Part shown: one piece after another, positions 54,548-64,000 of the stretch | How the letters are laid out: each line of letters starts with the position of its first letter | Position numbering within the stretch: the stretch's first letter is position 1 | Notes under the pieces: model-generated | What the model was told of the DNA's origin: nothing | Database searches by the model: none | What the model saw: the letters and a program-made list of their open reading frames with translations, nothing else | Translations under genes and position numbers: made by a program | DNA from: Fibrobacteria bacterium | GTDB taxonomy: Bacteria > Fibrobacterota > Fibrobacteria > UBA11236 > JADFYW01 | Length of the DNA stretch: 64,000 nt | Assembly: GCA_050294405.1 (NCBI GenBank) | Contig: JBNKOC010000027.1 | Location: forward strand, 64,001-128,000 | Direction: 5' to 3'

Positions 54548-55306
54548 ATGAATATTCGATGGATCGTACTTAGCCTTCTTGGTGTTTTTTTGGCAACTGT
54601 TTCAGTTAGTGGACAAGATGGTAAAAATTTGGCATATGAAGTATCTGAAGAATTATTACCCCCTGACTCTTTGATTCAGAAATTTCAATCCGATATCGCC
54701 TTAATAAAAACGGCTTATCCCGAAATAAAAGATATTCACAAGTATTATGACTGGATTCCAGGAACTATTACTATTTGGTTTTCTGATACAGCTAGCCTTA
54801 AATACCAAAACAATCAACTCCCGGAATTTGACAGTTTAAACAATGCCTTAGGTATTGTGGAAATAATAGAATTAAATTCACTCAAAGAAATCCAGCTAAT
54901 ATTTTCTAAAGAATATAATCCTATATTTTTAATTCCTTTATATAATGATATTTCTGGTGTGCGCCCAAGTTTAGTTGATTCTGGCTACAATTTCTCAGGA
55001 ACTAACATTAGCTATAAAAATGAAATTTACACTTTTGAACAAGGCTGGGGAGATTGCCCGGCGGGCTGCATTTATGCACATTTTTGGGATTTTAAAGTTG
55101 AGGGGGGTGCTGTCACCCTCCTGGACTCCTATGGAAGTCCACTTTCCACTTCCCCTTATCCAACTTCAGCAAAGAGCAAGTTAGTGTCCGGTCCAAATAT
55201 TACTTCATCTGAGAATAAATGGAGAGTTACCATAAATAAAAGCCATGGAGAAAATTTTAAATCTTTTCTTATAAATGGAGTTCTTTACCAACAAATAAAT
55301 CGGTAA
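54548..55306 (+). CDS. Hypothetical secreted protein
   Basis: Signal peptide; GWGDCPAGCI motif. Confidence 0.65.
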   Translation: MNIRWIVLSLLGVFLATVSVSGQDGKNLAYEVSEELLPPDSLIQKFQSDIALIKTAYPEIKDIHKYYDWIPGTITIWFSDTASLKYQNNQLPEFDSLNNALGIVEIIELNSLKEIQLIFSKEYNPIFLIPLYNDISGVRPSLVDSGYNFSGTNISYKNEIYTFEQGWGDCPAGCIYAHFWDFKVEGGAVTLLDSYGSPLSTSPYPTSAKSKLVSGPNITSSENKWRVTINKSHGENFKSFLINGVLYQQINR

Positions 55307-55307
55307 A

Positions 55308-55805
55308 ATGAAGGAGGTTCATCGGTTCCATGTATTTAAAGTCTTGCTGTTGGTTTTAATTATATCCACTCAAAGCACTTCCTCCACCCAAACCTTTAAG
55401 TTGGATGGACCTTACTTCTCCTTCGGTTACTCCCTAAATTTTCATATAAATACCCCAATTATAGTATCCAGTGGGCCTGAGATTTCCATCGGCCGTTTTA
55501 TAAATAGCCACAAGTTTATGTCCGCTTTACTTGGCCTGGATTTAACTCATGGAAATCATGATTGGTCTGTAAAATCCAAGCTACAATATGGTTACTACGA
55601 AATAGGCTGGTCTGCGGGTCCCTTTCTGGCAAGTCACAAGGGAAAAAAGAAATTTGGAGCAGACATTGATTTCTGGTTTGGTATGGGGTTATATGGAATG
55701 GTAACATATAAATTAAACCCCGCTTACTCTTGGCTCTCAACTTCTGGTAAAATAAAAACCGGTTTTCCCCTCTGCATGTTTTCTAATTTTTGCACCGCAA
55801 ATTAG
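55308..55805 (+). CDS. Hypothetical exported beta-rich protein
   Basis: Signal-like N-terminus; Gly/aromatic-rich strands; 1 nt after the previous stop. Confidence 0.55.
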   Translation: MKEVHRFHVFKVLLLVLIISTQSTSSTQTFKLDGPYFSFGYSLNFHINTPIIVSSGPEISIGRFINSHKFMSALLGLDLTHGNHDWSVKSKLQYGYYEIGWSAGPFLASHKGKKKFGADIDFWFGMGLYGMVTYKLNPAYSWLSTSGKIKTGFPLCMFSNFCTAN

Positions 55806-55850
55806 TACTCCCATTTTTACAGCTTTGGTGGATAAACTCTATTTCCACCT

Positions 55851-57071
55851 TTATCTACCAACATCAACAGCGTTGCCAATCACTGCAAAATCATTTTTAA
55901 TGCGAATATTTGTTACAGCTTCTCCCAGTTGTTGCTGCTTGCGTGTCCAGGGAGAGTCGAAAAGGCTAAGTTGGCCTTCATCTTCACCTCGTTGCGGCAC
56001 CGCAATAGAAATACGTTTTAGAGCCACACGCCTTGTATACATATTTCCAAAAGCTTCACTTGCCACATTAAGCAAAGTTAAAAAATCATTGCTGGCTTTT
56101 ACCAATTTTACACTACGCCGAACTGCTTTGCCATCTCCATAACGAAGCTCCATTTTTAAGCTTTTTGCTAAAATGTTTTGTTGTTTTAACTCAAAACCAA
56201 GCTTATCCACAGTCTGTCGCAATTTCTCTAATAAAAATTTAATGTCATTACTGTCTTTGGGAATACTCACATCAACTTGAATGGACTTTTTTGACTGGGA
56301 TTGTGAAACGTCCTTTTCCGATGTATCTGATATACAATGGACCATGGCGTAAAGCTTATTCCCTTCCGGGCCGAAACGCGATAAAATGTGCTGCCGGCTG
56401 AGCTTCTGCACCTGGCCTATGGTTTTAAGACCGAAAAGGTGCAGCCGCTCACGGCATTTTGGGGACAAGCGCGGCAGGAGTGATGAGGGCAGGGAAGCGA
56501 GGGTAGATTCTTCCTTATCTGCCGCGCAGAGGTTCAACCGTCCCGGCAAGGCCAACCGGGATAAAACTTCAGCCACCAGACGGGAATGGGAAATACCCAC
56601 TGCCACATCAAAGAAACTGAGATGTTTTTTTAAGTCCATCTGGAAAAGCCGCCCCATATCTTCCATGTTATGACTTCGAAAAAGAGGCGTGCCTGTTAAG
56701 TTTAAAATAGTGGTGGAATTATAACCGATTTCAAAAGAAGGTGTGTACCATTGGCACAGCAAACTCAGTTCCCCTTCCAGGTTAGCTTCAGCAGCTTTAT
56801 CTCTGGCCCAGGGCACAATCAGCGAGCTTTTTCGCCGGGCAATAAAAAGGGGCATTCCCGCTTCAACTCCCATGGCTCGTGCCAGAGGAGATACGGCTAG
56901 AATGCTGGTTTTGTGACTTTCTTCTTCCTGCTCCACTACCACAAAGGGTTCTTTGCGAAGAAGAGGATACATGGACCAAAGGGCTTGAGCAGAAAATTCC
57001 GGAAAACGGAGCACAGCAAACAACTCTTTTTTAACATCAAGCTTTTTAGGCTGCTCGTAAATTGTTAACAT
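55851..57071 (-). CDS. imuB: ImuB-like catalytically inactive Y-family polymerase accessory protein
   Basis: AVSPLARAMGVEAGM, GL.TIGQV, RFGPEG and a little-finger region; lacks DMDAF and SIDE acidic residues; C-terminal clamp-binding QLSLF. Confidence 0.75.
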   Translation of the reverse strand: MLTIYEQPKKLDVKKELFAVLRFPEFSAQALWSMYPLLRKEPFVVVEQEEESHKTSILAVSPLARAMGVEAGMPLFIARRKSSLIVPWARDKAAEANLEGELSLLCQWYTPSFEIGYNSTTILNLTGTPLFRSHNMEDMGRLFQMDLKKHLSFFDVAVGISHSRLVAEVLSRLALPGRLNLCAADKEESTLASLPSSLLPRLSPKCRERLHLFGLKTIGQVQKLSRQHILSRFGPEGNKLYAMVHCISDTSEKDVSQSQSKKSIQVDVSIPKDSNDIKFLLEKLRQTVDKLGFELKQQNILAKSLKMELRYGDGKAVRRSVKLVKASNDFLTLLNVASEAFGNMYTRRVALKRISIAVPQRGEDEGQLSLFDSPWTRKQQQLGEAVTNIRIKNDFAVIGNAVDVGR

Positions 57072-60000
57072 CGCTATACCTTTCGTATTTTTGAAGTGAG
57101 AGAGACAGTTTCTGGGAGGCTAATTCAAAATCCACTAAATTGGGATTAAAAGGAAGCATTCGAACGGAATCGGCTTCCAGTGAGTAACTCCCCCAATCCT
57201 CAGTTACCTTTCCATAGACTTCGAAATATTTAGAGGAGGCCAGAGTATCCTGAAAGCGATCCAACACATCGGGCCAAAAAATAACATCCACGTTTTCTGT
57301 TTTGTCTTCCAAAGTCAAAAACAGCATATTTTTTTTCGAATGGGTGATTTCATGAAAACGTTCCGTGACTTGTTTTCCAACTATTTTAATACGCCTTCCC
57401 AGATATTGAGGGATTTGGTTAGCGGGTACCGCTCCTTTGGCTGCAGGATGGAGTTCCAAAACATCCAGCATATTGCCGCTCAATATATAGCCCAAAATTC
57501 TCTCCTCATTAAGACATTTTTCCATAAGCGTATAATCGCTAAGCCCGGGATGCTCCTCGCCAAAATCAGAAGGAAGCCCGCCTGTAAAAAAACTTGGTTT
57601 TTTTTCATCACTGCCTGGGTGGAGCACTTCTAACTGATACAAAAGTTCGGGTTGGCTAAGTCCAAGCCCGTCAAAGGCTCCCACCAAAATGAGACTTTCT
57701 GTTTCTTTTTTTCCCAAAGAAGTCCTACTTGCAAAATCCCTCAAAGATCGATATATTCCACTTTCTTTTCTTTCCGCTACAACCTGTTCCATGCTGCGGG
57801 AAGACAACCCTCGTACATGCATAAAACCTGGCCTTATCCAATCGTCTTTCCCATAATATTTGATATCAGAATGGTTGATGTGAAGGGCAAGAATATTTAA
57901 ACCCCAACGCCTGGCTTCATTTATATAAACATCACGGGAATAAAAACCATGGCTGTTAGAAATAACCGCCGACAAAAACTGGGCCGGATAATGGGCTTTG
58001 AGAAAAGCGCAACGAAAACTAAGCTGAGCATAAGAAGCAGAATGTGATTTGCAAAAAGAAAAACCGGTAAACGAAGACACCCGAGTCCAAAGCTCTACGG
58101 CTTGTTCCAAAGAAAGCCCGCTGGTGGTTTGACAACCCTCTATAAATTCCCGGGATGTTTCCTCCCACTCCGTCTCGCTGACTTTTCCGTCGTGCAGGGA
58201 GTTCATCATCTTGCGAATTTTATCAGCTTTTTTGTAGCTAAGCCCCGCCACCATATGGCAGGCTTTCGTCACATCTTCCTGAAAGGCAAATACATCATGG
58301 GTATCCGGCAAAATGGGCTTTAATGAAGGATGTAAATACTCCCAATCCACAATACCCATTTTTTTCTTACGGTGCCGCTCCACAAAAGTTTTGGCATATT
58401 CCGCCCCCGCAGGACGCACCAGGCTCGATGTAATGGTAATTTCCTCAAAGCTTTGAGCCTGGCACTTTTTATTGAGGCGGGATTGGGCCGGGCTTTCAAT
58501 GTAAAAAATACCCCGAGTCCGTCCCTGTGAAAGCAAGTTTTGGACTTTTTTATCCGTATAACATTTTTCCAAATTCCAAACACCGGGATCGGGAAAATGC
58601 TGTCGATGTAACTGTTCCAAACTGTCACGTAACACCGACAGCGATCCGTTGCCGAGTAAATCGAATTTGATAAGGCCCAATTCGTCAATACCGCTATGCA
58701 TATCTATTTGAGTGATAACCCGGTTTGTTTCTCCGCCGCTTCGCTCCAGTGCCACGTGGCGGCAGATGGGCTGGTTGGTGATCAAAAGTCCACCGGGATG
58801 TTGTCCTAAAAAACGGGGTCTTCCATTAAGTTGGTATGACAAATATTTGAGTTTTTCCAAATCGGCATCTTTTATTTTAAAATTAGTGGTTCGTTCCCTG
58901 TCCTGAATCAAACTGATTTCTTCGTCGCTATAGCCATGCACTTTAGCTACTTCGCGAAAGGCGGCCCGACCGCGAAAACAGTTAGTGGTGCAGGTAATGG
59001 CCACCCGCTCTTCTCCAAAACGATGCCGGACATAGTCGAGAACTTCTTCCCGCTCATCCCAACCAAAGTCCAAATCGGCATCGGGAGGGGAAGCCCTGTC
59101 TTCGTTTAAGAAGCGCTGGAAATAAAGTTTTTGGCTGATGGGATCCAAACTTCCCACACCCAGATTGTAAAAGCTGATGGAATTGGCGGCACTACCCCTT
59201 AATATACAACTATCTCCAGAACGACGGTATCCCCCGGAAAAATGTTGGCCGGTCCAGTCCCATACATCTTTAACCATTAAGAAATAAGAAGAATACCCCA
59301 ATTTTTTAATAACATCTAATTCCATTTTCTGGATGTCTCTTGCTTTTTCATATTCAGCACTACTGCCGTAGTTTTTTTCCAGCCCTTTCAAAGCGAGTTT
59401 TTGCAGGTAACTATCCGGTGTAAAGCCCTTGGGAACAGGAATCTCAGGCATAATCCACTTACCAAATTTAAAAGATACATTGCAGTTATCTGCGATTTTT
59501 AAAGTGTTTGAAAGAGCTTCGCAATGGTTTGGAAAAAGGTCGTACATTTTTTCGGCGCTTCGCAAGTGACTTTCTTTGGGAACCAAATCCTCTTCCTGCA
59601 AAAAAGAAAGGGAGGCGTTTAAATCTATGGCCCGTAAAAGCCTATGTATTTCCCAGTCACTTTGCTCCAGCAAATAAACATCGTTAGTGACAACCATAGG
59701 TAGCATTAATTTGCGGGCCCGCTTTTCCAACTCCCGGCTGCGACAGCGGGTTTTAGGATTATGATTCACAAGCTCAGCATAGAGATTATGCCGGTTAGGG
59801 GTTTTGGCCAATGTTTCCAAGGAAAAGATATCGGATGTAATCCATACTAAATTCGGACGATGTACATTAAAAAATTTGAAAACTTCTTTACTCCCATGTA
59901 ATTGGCGCTGTGAAATAAGCTCGCACAAATCCCCATAACCCTCCAAATTTTTCGCCAGTACCACCGCACTTAAAGAGTTCGCAGAAAGCTCCGCCCCCAG

Positions 60001-60186
60001 GATAGGCTTGATACCCGCGCCGAGGCAGGCCTTATAAAATGAAATAAGCCCGGACATGCGATTGCAATCGGTTAGGGCCAGCGCCTTAAAACCCAAATTC
60101 TTAGCTTTTTCCACTAAATCATCGATTTTAGCCGTTCCGGCCAGGAAACTAAGCTCGCTATGGACATGCAAATGAACAAAACACAT
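57046..60186 (-). CDS. dnaE2: Error-prone DNA polymerase III alpha subunit (DnaE2-like)
   Basis: PHP HLHVHS, RGSAANS, PDADLDF, HPGG, KFDLLG, FCKSHSASY, OB-fold FLTLED; paired with imuB. ATG at 60186. Confidence 0.85.
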   Translation of the reverse strand: MCFVHLHVHSELSFLAGTAKIDDLVEKAKNLGFKALALTDCNRMSGLISFYKACLGAGIKPILGAELSANSLSAVVLAKNLEGYGDLCELISQRQLHGSKEVFKFFNVHRPNLVWITSDIFSLETLAKTPNRHNLYAELVNHNPKTRCRSRELEKRARKLMLPMVVTNDVYLLEQSDWEIHRLLRAIDLNASLSFLQEEDLVPKESHLRSAEKMYDLFPNHCEALSNTLKIADNCNVSFKFGKWIMPEIPVPKGFTPDSYLQKLALKGLEKNYGSSAEYEKARDIQKMELDVIKKLGYSSYFLMVKDVWDWTGQHFSGGYRRSGDSCILRGSAANSISFYNLGVGSLDPISQKLYFQRFLNEDRASPPDADLDFGWDEREEVLDYVRHRFGEERVAITCTTNCFRGRAAFREVAKVHGYSDEEISLIQDRERTTNFKIKDADLEKLKYLSYQLNGRPRFLGQHPGGLLITNQPICRHVALERSGGETNRVITQIDMHSGIDELGLIKFDLLGNGSLSVLRDSLEQLHRQHFPDPGVWNLEKCYTDKKVQNLLSQGRTRGIFYIESPAQSRLNKKCQAQSFEEITITSSLVRPAGAEYAKTFVERHRKKKMGIVDWEYLHPSLKPILPDTHDVFAFQEDVTKACHMVAGLSYKKADKIRKMMNSLHDGKVSETEWEETSREFIEGCQTTSGLSLEQAVELWTRVSSFTGFSFCKSHSASYAQLSFRCAFLKAHYPAQFLSAVISNSHGFYSRDVYINEARRWGLNILALHINHSDIKYYGKDDWIRPGFMHVRGLSSRSMEQVVAERKESGIYRSLRDFASRTSLGKKETESLILVGAFDGLGLSQPELLYQLEVLHPGSDEKKPSFFTGGLPSDFGEEHPGLSDYTLMEKCLNEERILGYILSGNMLDVLELHPAAKGAVPANQIPQYLGRRIKIVGKQVTERFHEITHSKKNMLFLTLEDKTENVDVIFWPDVLDRFQDTLASSKYFEVYGKVTEDWGSYSLEADSVRMLPFNPNLVDFELASQKLSLSLQKYERYSDVNNLRAA

Positions 60187-60206
60187 ACTGTACAAATGTG
60201 CAGTAT
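60185..60206. promoter_or_regulatory. Probable LexA (SOS) operator overlapping the dnaE2 start
   Basis: Palindrome ATACTGTAC-AAAT-GTGCAGTAT. The core TGTAC-N4-GTGCA resembles the Fibrobacter LexA box TGCAC-N4-GTGCA and also fits CTG-N10-CAG. Confidence 0.7.
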
Positions 60207-60467
60207 TTTTTTATAATAGTCAAGAGAAATCCTGCGGTTACAGGGGCAATTTTTGTCCCCTCAAACCGACCTTTAAATTTGAGCCAAAAACAAAGGTAGC
60301 CTTTGTGCGCAGCACAGGTTGATGTTAAGAGTCATTTTATGGGTTATGTATATGAGATAGGATTCGACTCAGCTTCAGAATAGAGACAAGATTAAGGCAC
60401 GGCTAAACCAAGGCTCGCACGCTTGGCGCGCCGTTTTTTATCGGCTAAAGACAAGATATTTAGTGAC

Positions 60468-61394
60468 CTACGCCTCCACTTGCGCCACAGTCTTTCTAAA
60501 TTCCCGAGGCGATACGCCTTGTATGCGCTTAAAAACCTTGCTGAATACAAAAGGATCTCCATAGCCCACTCGTTCGGCAATCTTTTCCATGTTATCGTCA
60601 GTAGAACGCAATAAATCCATAGCTCTCTGGATACGCACTCTTGCTAAGTAGTGGGCGGGAGTATCCCCAGCCAGGCGTTTGAAACGCTGGGCGAAAGCGG
60701 CTCGGGAAAGCCCCGATGTTTTTGCCAGAGTTTCCAAATTCCATTCTTGTTCTGGCCTGGCGTGGATATTTTCAATGGCGCGGCTAAGAGCTTTATCCTT
60801 AAATACCTGGCCCCAATGAGCAACTTCACCCCCTTGTTTGTGAACCTGGCGGGTTAACCAGTCCCTAAGAATATAATGAAACATAACATCTACCAGAGCC
60901 TTAACTACGGATTCGCTTCCCTGTCCTTCCTGAGAAAGCTCTGCAGACATCAATTGCTGGGTCGCATACAAAGGACTGTGCGCAGGAATATCTCCAGCGC
61001 GAATCACAATCCATTCTGGAAGCTCGTTAAAAAGTGGATGTATGGGAGGAGTCTGGAATTGATATAATCCTGCCACGATAACAGCCAGGGGAGAAACATC
61101 AGATTCTTCCGACACACTGGAGGTTGTAGGGCATTCATCCACAGGTTCAAGGGAAGGGTGGGTAGCAATTACATGTTCAAAACCCCGTTTAATTAAAATA
61201 ACATCTCCCCGTTCGAGCTTTACAGCTTCCTCAAATTTGGGAGCGTTAATGTAAGCACTACCGTGAGTTATAATATGAAAACCCATGCTGCGCTCACAGG
61301 GAAAACGCATGGACCAGGGTTTGTAAAAAGCCCGACGCAAAAGCAGGGATTTTCGAAGGCCAGCCGAGTTTAAAATGTCCGTTAAAACATCCAT
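60468..61394 (-). CDS. AraC family transcriptional regulator (cupin + double HTH)
   Basis: MDVLTDIL, FHIIT.G, GDVILI; WNLETLA...GLSRAAFAQRF, IAERVGY....FSKVFKR..G.SP..FR. Confidence 0.92.
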   Translation of the reverse strand: MDVLTDILNSAGLRKSLLLRRAFYKPWSMRFPCERSMGFHIITHGSAYINAPKFEEAVKLERGDVILIKRGFEHVIATHPSLEPVDECPTTSSVSEESDVSPLAVIVAGLYQFQTPPIHPLFNELPEWIVIRAGDIPAHSPLYATQQLMSAELSQEGQGSESVVKALVDVMFHYILRDWLTRQVHKQGGEVAHWGQVFKDKALSRAIENIHARPEQEWNLETLAKTSGLSRAAFAQRFKRLAGDTPAHYLARVRIQRAMDLLRSTDDNMEKIAERVGYGDPFVFSKVFKRIQGVSPREFRKTVAQVEA

Positions 61395-61533
61395 ATTTGA
61401 AATATAGCACAAAATGTCAAAAAAAATTATTAAAAATACGAATTGACATAAATTAAAGACTTATACCCATTTTTAATCTCGGATAATTTCATAAATTATT
61501 CATAGATAAATTTAAACTCATGGAGGAAAAAGC

Positions 61534-62406
61534 ATGTCAAACTCAAAAACGGATAAGATTTTAGTAGTAGGCGGTACTGGAACCGTCGGCTCTGAAGTGA
61601 CTTCCCAATTAAAAAAAGAGGGGTATCAGGTTCGCATTACCAGCAGCAAACCCAGCCAAAACCCAGAAGCCGTACAGGTGAATTTAATTAGCGGCGAAGG
61701 TCTGGAGGCTGCATTTTCCGGAATTGACCGCGCCTTTTTTCTTTCCCCCGGAGGGTACGCCGATCAGTACCAAATGTTAGCGCCCCTTATTGAAAAAGCA
61801 AAAGAAAACAAACTTAAAAAAGTGGTACTAATGAGCGCCATGGGTGCGGAACAAAACGCCGAATCGCCTTTACGTCGCGCCGAAGTTTTGCTTGAAAATT
61901 CTGGTCTTGCCTACAACATCATCCGGCCCAGCTGGTTTATGCAAAACTTTAACAGCTTTTGGGTTTATAACATCCAGACTCAAAACCAAATCCGTTTACC
62001 AGTGGCTGATGGAAAAACTGGTTTTATCGACACCCGGGATATTGCAGCAGTGGCCGCCAAGTTACTCACATCCGATAAACATAATAACGAGGCTTTCGGA
62101 CTAACCGGACCTGAATTGCTGGACCACAGCCAGGTGGCAGAGTTAATTTCCAATGCAGCCGGAAGAACTATTGAATTCATAGACATCGATCCTGAAGAAC
62201 TAAAACAAACCTTATTAGGCATTGGCTTACCCGCGGATTACACCGAATTTCTATTGCTGATTCTTGGTTTTTTGAAAGCAGGATACAGCGCAGTACTGAC
62301 AAATTCAGTTCAGGACATCCTGGGCAGAGAACCGATTTCTTTCAAGCAATACGCTGAAGATTATAAAAACGCCTGGAAAGCGGCCAAAGAATTAAGCCCG
62401 TCTTAA
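61534..62406 (+). CDS. NmrA-like atypical SDR NAD(P)H-binding oxidoreductase
   Basis: VVGGTGTVG, IRPSWFMQN, IDTRDIA, LTGPE, LGREP; divergent from AraC. Confidence 0.88.
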   Translation: MSNSKTDKILVVGGTGTVGSEVTSQLKKEGYQVRITSSKPSQNPEAVQVNLISGEGLEAAFSGIDRAFFLSPGGYADQYQMLAPLIEKAKENKLKKVVLMSAMGAEQNAESPLRRAEVLLENSGLAYNIIRPSWFMQNFNSFWVYNIQTQNQIRLPVADGKTGFIDTRDIAAVAAKLLTSDKHNNEAFGLTGPELLDHSQVAELISNAAGRTIEFIDIDPEELKQTLLGIGLPADYTEFLLLILGFLKAGYSAVLTNSVQDILGREPISFKQYAEDYKNAWKAAKELSPS

Positions 62407-62453
62407 TTAAATAGGTTATACATTATTTTTATACCGGTTTATTTTTCTAATGT

Positions 62454-62480
62454 ATCCCCCGTTTGCGGGGGATTTTTTTT
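62454..62480 (+). terminator. Rho-independent terminator
   Basis: ATCCCCCG-TTTG-CGGGGGAT hairpin followed by a T run. Confidence 0.85.
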
Positions 62481-62633
62481 ATCTGTAATTTTTCTTACGA
62501 TTTTTGCCTAAAAAAGGCGCAATTCCCCAAATTTCCTGGAGGAAGACAAAAATACCTGCCTAATTTGCGAATGTCGGCCTGCTCAAAAAAATATAAATTG
62601 CCTAAGAGAGCTTGAATCAACTTGGATGCATAC

Positions 62634-63782
62634 ATGAATCGCAAATTTTCTTTATTTTTAATTATTGTTTTTATTGTTGGCGCCTTAACCGGTTTCACCC
62701 AAAACTACAGCTGGAATAACCCCAGCTCCAACCTTCCCAATGGCATCAGCCACCATACATATCGCAGCGAAGTTTTGAATACAGATGTTGGCTATAGTAT
62801 TTACCTGCCTCCGAATTACAGCAATAGCGAAGAAGAGTATCCTGTAATTTATTCTCTTCACGGAATGGGAGGAAACGAAAATTCAAATTGCGGCCTATTT
62901 GGAGGAATCCTTCAGGATGGCATTAACAACAACGACTTCCCGCCAGTAATTATGGTTTTTGTAAACGGCAGAGGAAATACTTTTTACAGCGACTCCAAAG
63001 ACGGCAGCCTCAAATGCGAAACATCTATAATCACAGAGTTGATTCCTCACATTGATGAAACTTACCGCACCAAATCCTATAGAGGCCAACGAGCCATTGA
63101 AGGTATCTCCATGGGTGGTTTTGGGGCGCTTATGTTAGGTTTTAAATACCCAGATACATTTGGAAGCATTGGTTCTTATGATGCGGCCCTTGTAACCTGG
63201 GATACGTTAAGCGAACAGCAATTCGACCAATCTATCCCCAACCAAATTTTTGGCGGTGACAGGGAATATTTCAACCAAAATAGCTACCCTCCCACGTTGG
63301 CCACTAAAAACGCAGACAGCATTAAAGCGCTTAACATTAAAGTTCGTATGACTACTGGTGATAACGATTTTCAAATGGGGCCCTTGTATAATTACAATCT
63401 TTCCATGCGGGACACCCTAAACGCTTTGGGTATCGAACTGGACTTTAATGTTATCCCCGGCGGCACTCACGGCGCGGGAATGAATCAAAATTCTGGAAAG
63501 GCGAATATCCTTTTTCATTTAGAAAATTTCACCGAAGAGCCCCTGTTTGTTTTTAATCCGAATAATGCAGAAAACAAAACATCAACATTTCGCCAAAGTT
63601 ATTTTTATTACACTCCCGGAAAATTTAACCTTTATTCAAAGAAGCTAAATCTCAAAAACCAACGTATCGAAATATACCATGTTAGTGGAAAAAAAATTGG
63701 AATATTCAATTTTGCCGATATTAAAAATGGCCTGAAAAACAGGCCATTGACAGAAGGTTTTTATATTTTCAACTTTCTATAA
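62634..63782 (+). CDS. Secreted alpha/beta-hydrolase esterase (CE1-like) with C-terminal sorting-like domain
   Basis: Signal peptide; YSIYLPP.Y, YPVIYSLHG, ELIPHID, GISMGG, GGTH; C-terminal IYHVSGKKI...EGFYI. Confidence 0.82.
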   Translation: MNRKFSLFLIIVFIVGALTGFTQNYSWNNPSSNLPNGISHHTYRSEVLNTDVGYSIYLPPNYSNSEEEYPVIYSLHGMGGNENSNCGLFGGILQDGINNNDFPPVIMVFVNGRGNTFYSDSKDGSLKCETSIITELIPHIDETYRTKSYRGQRAIEGISMGGFGALMLGFKYPDTFGSIGSYDAALVTWDTLSEQQFDQSIPNQIFGGDREYFNQNSYPPTLATKNADSIKALNIKVRMTTGDNDFQMGPLYNYNLSMRDTLNALGIELDFNVIPGGTHGAGMNQNSGKANILFHLENFTEEPLFVFNPNNAENKTSTFRQSYFYYTPGKFNLYSKKLNLKNQRIEIYHVSGKKIGIFNFADIKNGLKNRPLTEGFYIFNFL

Positions 63783-63947
63783 AGTTGCCGCGATTGGGCT
63801 CGTCTTCCGAGGCCTTCGCTTTTGCCAACCACAATCAGAACCCTATTTCTTCTGCAAAATCTTACCACTCCGATTTTGCCCAACCTATTGCCGTGCAAAA
63901 ACAGTGAAAAGGCTTAAATTGTGGATTTTTTTTGTATTTTTGTGCTT

Positions 63948-64000
63948 ATGTACCACCAAAGCCTATTTGACCTCAAGGTCGCCGCCAAATTTGAGCTGTA
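63948..64000 (+). CDS. Possible 5' end of a gene running off the window (MYHQSLFDLKVAAKFEL...)
   Basis: ATG at 63948 with an open frame to the edge; only 17 codons visible. Confidence 0.3.
   Translation, partial: MYHQSLFDLKVAAKFEL

Noticed and set aside
55851..57071. Active DinB/Pol IV
   Set aside because: The catalytic acidic motifs are missing; it fits ImuB better.
60207..60467. Possible structured RNA or riboswitch between dnaE2 and AraC (also 63783-63900)
   Set aside because: Only short imperfect hairpins; no recognisable riboswitch, tRNA or sRNA consensus. An Infernal/Rfam scan would be needed.

Overview
64 kb of AT-rich bacterial chromosome, most likely Fibrobacterota (inferred from a fibro-slime domain protein, many secreted proteins with short C-terminal sorting-type domains, and a Fibrobacter-type LexA-like box). 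1-16.5 kb is mostly housekeeping: TPR-transglutaminase, guaA, hflX, DUF58/BatA, aroE, an aroK-aroB fusion, a sugar-nucleotide SDR and mraY. About 16.5-34.2 kb is an accessory block that looks more AT-rich. It holds the most interesting locus: a REC-histidine kinase, an SRPBCC/START-PilZ fusion, an acyl-ACP-reductase-like enzyme, a TE-less single-module type I PKS (KS-AT-DH-KR-ACP) and a 1710-aa Ser/Thr kinase-ATPase-GAF-histidine kinase. These are followed by a FimT-PilV-PilW-PilX minor pilin operon whose PilX carries PA14 and fibro-slime domains. The rest contains secreted hydrolases and CAZyme-like genes, a rubrerythrin-rubredoxin-oxyR-icd cluster, an ABC-F protein, a dnaE2-imuB cassette with a probable LexA operator over its start, and an AraC/NmrA pair. 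No rRNA, tRNA, CRISPR array, integrase or transposase was recognised. All calls come from reading motifs by eye; no searches were run.
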